Shown here in pieces: positions 1 through 6,731 of a stretch of 64,000 nt of DNA. The notes beneath the pieces are model-generated. The model was not told where the DNA came from. It did no database searches and saw nothing but the letters and a program-made list of their open reading frames with translations. Both the position numbers and the translations under genes were made by a program. The DNA comes from a virus. The stretch is taken from IMG/VR virus record IMGVR_UViG_3300032897_000002, positions 17,533 to 81,532 of that record. The stretch is one strand, 5' to 3'. Positions within the stretch are counted from its first letter, which is position 1; every line of letters begins with the position of its first letter.

Positions 1-541
1 TGAAAAGGGGAGCCACTTCGCCAGGAGTCCTTTCACGCTTTGGATACTTGGCGAGATAGGCGAGGGCCTTTTCAAGCCAGCCGTGAACCTCAATGGCCTC
101 CAACCTTCGATTGCATTTCCCGCAGAGCAATCCGCGCACACACTTCCCGCAGCAGTGATATTGCTTTTGGCAACATCCGTGGTCGTGGTCAATCGAGAGG
201 CTTGAAATTGGGCCATATTGGTTTCTTGCGTTCGTCTCGGCATCGCCGCAGATAGCGCAAGCACCACCTTGTTCTTCAAACTTACTGCGATACCACTGGA
301 CGGTGACGCCTTTGTGGCTGAGATTAGAAATTCTCTGATAAGCCCGGAGTTTCTCAGGCTCGTGCGTCTTGAGCTTTCGATATCGTCTCCGTGCGTAATC
401 GGCAATCTTTGCATTGTTGCGTCGAGACCAGCCTCGGTGATATTCATTCCAGCACGCCTTGCAGAATGTTCCGTGGTTGACATTAGGCGGAAAATCGTTA
501 TGAACTTTCCCGCATTTGCTACACGCCTTCGTCTTGTTCAT
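1..541 (-). CDS. Endonuclease VII-like (His-Me finger) homing endonuclease, 3' end runs off the window
   Basis: Not in the ORF track. Manual translation from ATG at 541 (SD GAGGT): MNKTKACSKCGK...QGGACAICG...LSIDHDHGCC...CGKCVRGLLCGKCNRRL, the EndoVII signature. Confidence 0.8.
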   Translation of the reverse strand, partial: MNKTKACSKCGKVHNDFPPNVNHGTFCKACWNEYHRGWSRRNNAKIADYARRRYRKLKTHEPEKLRAYQRISNLSHKGVTVQWYRSKFEEQGGACAICGDAETNARNQYGPISSLSIDHDHGCCQKQYHCCGKCVRGLLCGKCNRRLEAIEVHGWLEKALAYLAKYPKRERTPGEVAPLF

Positions 542-621
542 GGTCACCTCTATATGGAACATAACATAAAGGCGACCATGATACAAGAAGATTCTGCAAT
601 AGCTAAGTGCGTTAGAATCAC

Positions 622-1908
622 TCAGATAGACGGCTGCGCTGCCGAACTTACATACACGCCAGCGCGAACATTTGAGTTGGCCGTATTGAGACTCGCAACG
701 TACGCAAACATCGAACTGGTGAGGTAGGAACCTCCCGCGCTGATGTCAGGTACCGGCGCGACCGTCATGCCCCCGCCGAAGTCGTACAGTTCGAGCGGCA
801 GCATCTCACCGATGTACCAGGTACTCGGCGCAAACAGGTCCAGCCGTCCCGGCAGTGCGTTCATGCCCACCATCAGGTCGAATCCGCCCCAAGTGGCAGG
901 CCAGTGGCGCTGGGTCATGTCGGGAGTCGTATCGCCCTTGGTATCCTCGCGGCGTGCCGACAGCACGTTGAGGTAGAGCGAAGCGATCTGCATGGCCTGG
1001 TCAGGCCCGCAGTACCACATCGCACTTTGCAGTGCGGCGTTGTCCTTGCCCAATGCACGCAAGAGCAACGTCTGGGCGCGGAAGGGGGTCAATGTGCTGA
1101 TGGAGGCGCCGTTGAGATTGATGGTGGGCGTGCTGAGACGGCCCGGATAGCTGGCGCGGCTGAGCCCGCCGATGCTGCCGGCGTTTGAGTTGAGTTGCCA
1201 AGCCCGGAGTCCTAGGATGGAACTGCCCGCTGCACCGCTGGTACCGGCCACCATGAGGTAGTCGCCGGTGGTTGTGCCGCTTGGCAATGCGCCAGCGCTG
1301 TAGATGGTTTGGGCAACAGGGTCCACGTAGGAGATCGTGAAGCTGCCCCGGCTGGAGCCGCCGACGCTCGGGAACACCTGAATGACTTGCTGGTCGGCAA
1401 ACTGGAAGGCGTTGTTGAGGCCCACAATGGAGCTTGTTGACTGCCCCGACCCCGTGTTGTTGTTGATGGTGGCGGTGGTGGGGATAGTGTCGAGAGTTCC
1501 CGACCCATCGCCCTGCAACAGCGATTCGAGGCCCTGCGTGGCCTGCTGGAAAGTGTTCTTCAGTTCCTGCGCCTGCACGTTGAAGAGTCCGCGTTTGCGG
1601 CCCTCCGTCGCAATGCGGGCCAGGAAGGTGATTTCACAGACCGAGAAGTAAAACACCGGAGCCAGCGCGAAACCGGCCCACTGGCTGCCCGTCCCACGGC
1701 CCAGAGAATCGGCGTTGCCGGTCCCCTGCGCGATGGCGGCCCCTGCCTGAATCCTCAAGGGAACGCGGAAAGACGGACGGGTTACGCCACCCGCTGCGGT
1801 CGTGAAGGAGACCGGGATGGTTGTTGCCTTAGTCTTAAATACCGTGTAGAGTGTCTTGTCAAATTGGATAAGATCAGGAATATCCTTAGCAAAGGCATCA
1901 AGTTCAAT
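622..1908 (-). CDS. Major capsid protein, exon 2
   Basis: Open frame extends upstream of the tracked ORF to 1908 (IELDAFAKDIPDL...), directly after the intron terminal G. It lies downstream of portal- and scaffold-like genes. The spliced product is about 440 aa. Confidence 0.75.
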   Translation of the reverse strand: MELDAFAKDIPDLIQFDKTLYTVFKTKATTIPVSFTTAAGGVTRPSFRVPLRIQAGAAIAQGTGNADSLGRGTGSQWAGFALAPVFYFSVCEITFLARIATEGRKRGLFNVQAQELKNTFQQATQGLESLLQGDGSGTLDTIPTTATINNNTGSGQSTSSIVGLNNAFQFADQQVIQVFPSVGGSSRGSFTISYVDPVAQTIYSAGALPSGTTTGDYLMVAGTSGAAGSSILGLRAWQLNSNAGSIGGLSRASYPGRLSTPTINLNGASISTLTPFRAQTLLLRALGKDNAALQSAMWYCGPDQAMQIASLYLNVLSARREDTKGDTTPDMTQRHWPATWGGFDLMVGMNALPGRLDLFAPSTWYIGEMLPLELYDFGGGMTVAPVPDISAGGSYLTSSMFAYVASLNTANSNVRAGVYVSSAAQPSI

Positions 1909-2563
1909 CAGTGTTGTTACTCAGTTGATTACTATATCATCTTTCTTCAACTGAGGTGCGGTCATTTCTGCCGCACTCTGTTCGTCACCGAACAGCTCAG
2001 ACTGGATCTTCTGTGTTTCCACAGGCTCACGCACAGTCGTTACGGAACCCAAGCCACGCGAGTTAAGTTCCTTGACTCGCGCCATCAGAAGTTCGTCCTC
2101 GGCACGGTTCGGCCTCATATGCCGACCCCTCTGGGTATGTACCCGACCCTTCAAAAACATGCCGGCCAGACGTAGATGTTCTGCTTTGGCGACGGCCACG
2201 GGCTCGATCAATTGGATATATTTTTTCTGTGCAGCGATAACTCGAATCTGCACAGCCCATGAACCCCGAAATCCCTTTTCGATATTCGGCTTCGTATGAA
2301 CCACGCCGAAATAGATGTTCGCCCTTCGCAGAATATCTTGAACCTTCTCGGAGATCAGCGCATTCGTGCTTGTGACCGGCTGGATGACGAGCCTAATCAC
2401 GCCGTCACCGCTATTGCGGTAAAGCATGACGCTGCCCTCGCCATCTAGCATCCCAGCCAAATATCCGATTTCTTTGTCGCTGATTTCCATTGGTTTCCTC
2501 GGAATTATCTCCCCCCGGAGACCTTTCCCGATACAGTGAGCTTTTAGGAGACCTGTTTTACCG
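1909..2563 (-). ncRNA. Group I self-splicing intron in the major capsid gene
   Basis: Exon GGAGGCU pairs with intron GGUCUCC, giving P1 with a U.G pair at the 5' splice site. Core elements GUAACGACUG and GAAGAUCCAGUCU are present and the intron ends in G. Removal restores an in-frame MPSPVYESAVEA|IELDAF. Confidence 0.9.
1921..2490 (-). CDS. Intron-encoded LAGLIDADG homing endonuclease
   Basis: Motif YLAGMLDGEG. The ORF lies within the intron and its 3' part overlaps the ribozyme core. Confidence 0.9.
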   Translation of the reverse strand: MEISDKEIGYLAGMLDGEGSVMLYRNSGDGVIRLVIQPVTSTNALISEKVQDILRRANIYFGVVHTKPNIEKGFRGSWAVQIRVIAAQKKYIQLIEPVAVAKAEHLRLAGMFLKGRVHTQRGRHMRPNRAEDELLMARVKELNSRGLGSVTTVREPVETQKIQSELFGDEQSAAEMTAPQLKKDDIVIN

Positions 2564-2599
2564 AGCCTCCACTGCGGACTCGTATACGGGTGATGGCAT
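2564..2599 (-). CDS. Major capsid protein, exon 1 (MPSPVYESAVEA)
   Basis: SD GAGGTG then ATG at 2599. Twelve codons end in the U of the P1 U.G pair, and the unspliced frame stops two codons later. Confidence 0.85.
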
Positions 2600-2714
2600 A
2601 TGTGTCACCTCTTTTTGGGATTAGGTGACCTTGGTGGGTCACCGACAATCACGTTCATTGCCGGTGGATTAAAATCCCATGCGAGGGATTAGCCGATCTC
2701 GCCAGCTAGGACAA

Positions 2715-2743
2715 GTTCTAACTGAATTGGTTTTGGATGTCAA
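2715..2743 (-). promoter_or_regulatory. Sigma70-type promoter for the capsid gene
   Basis: TTGACA-17 nt-TAGAAC on the minus strand, about 110 nt upstream of the capsid ATG. Confidence 0.6.
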
Positions 2744-2940
2744 GAGGATTTTGAAATAGTCAGCTTATCGCGGAGGCTGGTGTAGGCCGGCTGGCCCTGC
2801 ATTAAGCGTGCATGATCTTCCAGAACCAGCCGGGTATAATCCGTTTCCTTGCGGCCGTCCTGGTGGGCCAAGGCTCGGAGTTGATTGATGAGCTTCCGCG
2901 TGAGCCTTAGCCTCCAGGGGATTGTTTTGGGAACTTTCAC
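2740..2940 (-). CDS. Small ribbon-helix-helix-like DNA-binding protein, last gene of the Ro-like operon
   Basis: Alternating hydrophobic strand (WRLRL) followed by helix-DGR-helix. It starts 2 nt after the upstream stop. Confidence 0.55.
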   Translation of the reverse strand: MKVPKTIPWRLRLTRKLINQLRALAHQDGRKETDYTRLVLEDHARLMQGQPAYTSLRDKLTISKSS

Positions 2941-2942
2941 CG

Positions 2943-3248
2943 TTATGCGACTCCCTTGAGCTTGTCTTCGATCTCCGCCTTCTGCTTGCGCAGAGCTTCG
3001 CGCCGCTCTTCAGGAGTGGCAAGCTGCGTCAACCGGGCGTTGATCTTCCGCAGTTCGGCTTCGAGCGCGTCGGCGTTGCGGACCGTGATCTCCCGGCGCA
3101 GGGCCTTCAACTGAATGTCAACAAATTCGGGCTCGGGGATGTTCAGCGCTTCGTATTCGGAACGAATCGAGCGTCCGAAGGCCGACAACTCCACAAGCTC
3201 GTCCAGCGTCAGCCGGTCTTTGTCAAACGACTGATATCTCTCCAGCAT
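2943..3248 (-). CDS. Helical/coiled-coil protein coupled to the vWA gene
   Basis: Strong SD (AGGAGG), overlaps the vWA gene end, and has a charged heptad pattern. Confidence 0.75.
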   Translation of the reverse strand: MLERYQSFDKDRLTLDELVELSAFGRSIRSEYEALNIPEPEFVDIQLKALRREITVRNADALEAELRKINARLTQLATPEERREALRKQKAEIEDKLKGVA

Positions 3249-4821
3249 AGACTGCCTCCTTTCTCTCAGATTTGAAAACTTCTTTCAGTGTCACAAGCGG
3301 CACCGCCATGATCTCGTCCAGAATTGAATAGCGATTAACCCGCATGGTCTGGACCAGATTCGGCAGTGCATAGTGGTCGATGCTGTCCCCCAGCACGAAT
3401 TCCTGCAAGTCCAGTTCCGCCAGCTTCATGCTGTCCTGCAAGTCCATGTCGCCCGAGAACCGGAACGACGTGGCATTGAGCATCCGAAGTCGCGGAATGA
3501 GATGGCTTCGATATTCCGGCCCGCAGCGGTAGAGGTACACCGGAGGCTGCTTCCCGACAAACTCCGCATAGCGTGCATAGACCGCCGTAAATGCCGGGTT
3601 CTGGTTCTCCTTCGCATCCGATACTACCGCGATGCCATCCACCTCCAGCTTCGCATCAAGCAGATATTGCAGTGCCACCCCAATTGAGGTGCCCCCATCA
3701 GCGCGAACCTTGCTGGTTTCCTTGAGCAGTTCATCGTAGGTCTTTCCGGTTGCGTTGATGAAGCGCGGAGAGGTGTCGAAGAACACCAAATAGACGTTCC
3801 CCTTCACCATTCTGGCCAACGTCGCCGCAACTTGGCGGGAGGCTTCGATGGTGCTGCTCATGCTCCCGCTTTTGTCGCCCAACACGGCCCAGTTGCCTTC
3901 GACCCCTCCGAGCGTCTTGATCTGCTTCTCCTGAAGGGCTTGCAACTTCGCCTTGAGGCCCTCATCCTCGACCGCATCGGCCGCCACGGTGGTTTTGAAG
4001 GTGGCCTTCTTGCTGGTTCCCGCCTTCGCGATTGCGGCTTCGTAGGCGCCACGCAACGCCGGATTCGTCTTGATGCCGAGTTTTTCCAGCATCTTCGTAT
4101 TCGTGACCAACTCAGTCGGTGTCATGCCGTTGATGAGCGCCAAAACAAGGTCCGTTTCCTTGGCCATCTTCCCGAGCGCTCCGACGGCCACCAGAAAAGG
4201 AATTTTGCGGCCGATGATCTCCCCGGCTGCCTCTATCGGGGTCATGTCCTTCAAGTGCGTGATGATGTCGAAGATACTGCCCTTCGGGACCGGCATCTTG
4301 TCGGGGTGCTTCTTCGACGTTCCGAACAAGATCGCATCTGCCAGCGGGCACGGCTTTACATGCGCGAGAGCGTAGAGTGCCTTGAGGGTCTGCCGGTGCT
4401 GAACCGCAGCCCGCTCCCAGCGGTGCCAGTTGGCTTCCCGGTTGTGCAGGTAATCACCGATGAGCCCTTGCAGACTGCGAATCGTCTTGCTGCGCCCCGG
4501 CCACGGATGAGTTTTGCGAAGCTCCAGGGCAAACCGGAAAGCCCGCTCCAGTTCACGCGGTCCTTGTAGCGCCACATGCGCGAGCGAGTTCTCGATGAAA
4601 TCGCTGTCGGTAAATTCGGGCGAGCAGAGCGAGATGACCGGCAGCGCCACCTTGGAGTCACGGATTTGGCCTTTCAGTTGATTCCACGCAATGAGGTGGC
4701 TCAAAAATTCAGGCTCCCGCCGGGCGGCCTCCTGGGTCACCGGAATGTACTCTTCCAACTTGCCGTGAGGAGACTTGCTCAGGTCACTCAAAATTTGATT
4801 CTTGGTGATGCCGGTTTCCAT
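3223..4821 (-). CDS. Divergent Ro60/TROVE-like protein with C-terminal vWA domain
   Basis: 532 aa, similar in size to Ro60. A helical N-terminal region (EPEFLSHLIAW...GQIRD) precedes a vWA domain with full MIDAS (DKSGS, GGTS, VVSD). Y-RNA-like genes lie immediately upstream. The vWA call is firm; the TROVE call is inferred. Confidence 0.7.
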   Translation of the reverse strand: METGITKNQILSDLSKSPHGKLEEYIPVTQEAARREPEFLSHLIAWNQLKGQIRDSKVALPVISLCSPEFTDSDFIENSLAHVALQGPRELERAFRFALELRKTHPWPGRSKTIRSLQGLIGDYLHNREANWHRWERAAVQHRQTLKALYALAHVKPCPLADAILFGTSKKHPDKMPVPKGSIFDIITHLKDMTPIEAAGEIIGRKIPFLVAVGALGKMAKETDLVLALINGMTPTELVTNTKMLEKLGIKTNPALRGAYEAAIAKAGTSKKATFKTTVAADAVEDEGLKAKLQALQEKQIKTLGGVEGNWAVLGDKSGSMSSTIEASRQVAATLARMVKGNVYLVFFDTSPRFINATGKTYDELLKETSKVRADGGTSIGVALQYLLDAKLEVDGIAVVSDAKENQNPAFTAVYARYAEFVGKQPPVYLYRCGPEYRSHLIPRLRMLNATSFRFSGDMDLQDSMKLAELDLQEFVLGDSIDHYALPNLVQTMRVNRYSILDEIMAVPLVTLKEVFKSERKEAVYAGEISVV

Positions 4822-4838
4822 GGATTACCTCTTTCTAA

Positions 4839-4956
4839 TTGCGGAAAGTTAGGCAGTGTCTACCCTCACCAATGGGTGGCACCAGGCAAGCCCGATGGCG
4901 GGATTCGAACCAGCATTGCACCTTGCAAGCGCATGTAAACTGCCAGGTATCCGCAA
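4839..4956 (-). ncRNA. Y-RNA-like (YrlA-like) RNA, permuted tRNA domain
   Basis: Terminal stem UUGCGGA/UCCGCAA, inner GGCAGU/ACUGCC, UUACAUG motif, T arm GCUGGUUCGAAUCCCGC, closed acceptor hairpin, then D arm ACCC-AUUGGUGA-GGGU. Confidence 0.75.
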
Positions 4957-4962
4957 ATCTTA

Positions 4963-5078
4963 TGGCCTCAAGTCGAAGGTGGTATCTTTGCTAAGGCTCA
5001 AAAGCCTCCCCCCCGCAAGGATGGTGGAGGGGGGCCGGTACGACCGGCATGGCATGTAACCCTCTTCAGTAGAGGCCA
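4963..5078 (-). ncRNA. Y-RNA-like RNA, degenerate permuted tRNA domain
   Basis: Terminal stem UGGCCUC/GAGGCCA with UAC..CGACUU loop and UUACAUG motif. Hairpins GCCGG-UCGUA-CCGGC, a C-rich/G-rich acceptor-like stem with ACCA in its loop, and AGGCU-UUUG-AGCCU. Confidence 0.7.
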
Positions 5079-5081
5079 ATC

Positions 5082-5612
5082 TCACAAACTTCTTAGTTCC
5101 AAATACCGCTTGGTTGCGTTGAAATCGTAGCCCCGGCGTGCGCACCATGTCTCGGGGTCTTCCGAGCCTTTGTCTTTATTGCACGGCTTGCAGGCTGTAA
5201 GATAATTACTCGCGTTATTTTTTCCGCCCAGTTCCAACGGAACAAAATGGTCGATGGTCATGAGAGATTTTCCCATCTTCGCGCCGCAGTATGCGCACTT
5301 GAAGCCGTCAGCCGCCCAGATTCGCTGTTGCACGGAACCGGAAATCTCATAGCGCACCTTGCGCTGGAAAATCTTCGCTGGGCCGATCAGAATCTCTGGA
5401 TTATCGCTCCGCTGGATGAAGTCAGACCATTCTTCCACCGTCAACTCATACTCGCTTGTTTTGCGGCATTCGAATCCCGGCAACATGAGGATGGCCTTTG
5501 CTCCTCCGCCTCCAACCACAAGGCCCTCAATCTTCAGGAGTGATCCGATATCGCCGTACTTCACGGGCCGATTGCGAAATTCCAAGAGATAAAATCTGTC
5601 GTCGCTCGCCAT
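5082..5612 (-). CDS. HNH endonuclease (McrA-like zinc-binding HNH) embedded in the ncRNA array
   Basis: CAYCG...TIDHFVPLELGG.NNASNYLTACKPCNKDKG, preceded by an N-terminal domain of about 85 aa of unknown type. Confidence 0.85.
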   Translation of the reverse strand: MASDDRFYLLEFRNRPVKYGDIGSLLKIEGLVVGGGGAKAILMLPGFECRKTSEYELTVEEWSDFIQRSDNPEILIGPAKIFQRKVRYEISGSVQQRIWAADGFKCAYCGAKMGKSLMTIDHFVPLELGGKNNASNYLTACKPCNKDKGSEDPETWCARRGYDFNATKRYLELRSL

Positions 5613-5624
5613 GGTCAATCCTAA

Positions 5625-5758
5625 TTGGGTGCAAGTCGCTGCGGGTTCATTAAGCGCTCTACCACTGAGCTAATCCCCCGTATGGCTGGGGGATGTTGGA
5701 TTCGAACCAACGACCTCTTCCTTAGAAGGAAGCATGTAACCGCCTCAGTAGCACCCAA
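5625..5758 (-). ncRNA. Y-RNA-like (YrlA-like) RNA, permuted tRNA domain
   Basis: Terminal stem UUGGGUGC/GCACCCAA, T arm GUUGGUUCGAAUCCAAC, acceptor AUCCCCC-agccauac-GGGGGAU closed by a loop, canonical D arm UAGCUCAGUGGUAGAGC. The order is T, acceptor, D. Confidence 0.85.
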
Positions 5759-5764
5759 ACTTTA

Positions 5765-5874
5765 TCCCGGTAAGTCGGCCAGCTTTTACTTCATGGTTGG
5801 AATTGAACCAACTCCCACTGAGCCAAGTCAGTTGCTCACCAAAGAGCTTCATGTACGCTGTCCCATAACCGGGA
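5765..5874 (-). ncRNA. Y-RNA-like RNA with tRNA arms in normal order
   Basis: Terminal stem UCCCGGU/ACCGGGA, UACAUG and CGACUU motifs, D-like GCUC-UUUGGU-GAGC, anticodon-like ACUGA-CUUGGC-UCAGU, T arm GUUGGUUCAAUUCCAAC. Confidence 0.75.
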
Positions 5875-5892
5875 ATCTCATATCGAAGGTAC

Positions 5893-5921
5893 AGCCTACG
5901 ATTGTTCCAAGCGGTTGTCAA
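5893..5921 (-). promoter_or_regulatory. Sigma70 promoter of the ncRNA/HNH/vWA operon
   Basis: TTGACA-17 nt-TAGGCT. The predicted start is about 12 nt before the first ncRNA. Confidence 0.75.
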
Positions 5922-5948
5922 CAACTTTTTTCAATTATTTTTTCAACT

Positions 5949-5973
5949 AAAAACCCCGGCTGCGGAGCCGGGG
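5949..5973 (-). terminator. Intrinsic terminator upstream of the Ro-like operon
   Basis: CCCCGGC-TCCGCA-GCCGGGG followed by TTTTT on the minus strand. Confidence 0.7.
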
Positions 5974-6132
5974 CGGAAGGGAAAAATGGACGGCTAAAGA
6001 GTAGCGCGGGAAGCTCGATTTTGCAAGATATTTCGCTTCTTGTTCGCCCTGCCGTGTTAGAATAGTTCGAGCGGCTGAAGTGCATCAACACTCACAGCCG
6101 CCCTTGACTCAACGACCTGGAAGGAGGCCGTC

Positions 6133-6666
6133 ATGCCCGAAGAAAATCTTACCACAACTCCAGAGATTTGGAAGCCCGTTGTTGGCTATGAGGGATATTA
6201 CGAAGTTTCAAACAAGGGAAGGGTGAAGCGCGTTGGGCACCGAAAACATACGCGAATAGGTAGAATTATAAAACCGTGGTTAAGCCGTGGATACTGCCAA
6301 GTACGATTATCAAGGGACGGAAATTTAATTGCGCGTCTTGCCCATCAACTTGTCATGGAGGCTTTTGTTGGCCCCCGCCCAGAGAAACATGAAGTAAATC
6401 ATATCAATGGCATTAAGACAGATAATATATGGCCTGAGAATCTTGAATATGTTACAAAAAGTCAAAATCAATTACACGCCTCAGACCTCGGTTTGATGCA
6501 CCGGGGAGAAGATCACCACAAGGCAAAACTTACAGAGGAGCAGGTTAAAGAAATTATTGTCGCCGAAGGATCGCATTCGCAAATCGCGATAAAGTATGGC
6601 ATCAGCCGAGCCATGATTTCATACATTAAACGAGGCAAATCATGGCGTCATATTCCGCGTCCATAG
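6133..6666 (+). CDS. NUMOD4-HNH homing endonuclease
   Basis: EIWKPVVGYEGYYEVSNKGRVK (NUMOD4), EVNHINGIKTDN..NLEYVT (HNH), C-terminal HTH. Confidence 0.92.
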   Translation: MPEENLTTTPEIWKPVVGYEGYYEVSNKGRVKRVGHRKHTRIGRIIKPWLSRGYCQVRLSRDGNLIARLAHQLVMEAFVGPRPEKHEVNHINGIKTDNIWPENLEYVTKSQNQLHASDLGLMHRGEDHHKAKLTEEQVKEIIVAEGSHSQIAIKYGISRAMISYIKRGKSWRHIPRP

Positions 6667-6731
6667 ATGGTCAAGAGACGGCCTCGGGGCGGAGCAAGCC
6701 ATTCATCGTTTGTCCGATTGCTACCCCAATC

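Noticed and set aside
5640-5715. Ordinary tRNA gene suggested by perfect D and T arms
   Set aside because: The arms are in T-acceptor-D order with a closed acceptor loop and no anticodon arm, so this is a permuted mimic rather than a decoding tRNA.
4839-5874. CRISPR array
   Set aside because: The units share only short motifs and structure, not identical direct repeats with spacers, and no cas operon is present.
5625-6065. 146-aa plus-strand ORF
   Set aside because: It is antisense to the ncRNAs, promoter and terminator, and has no SD or protein motif.
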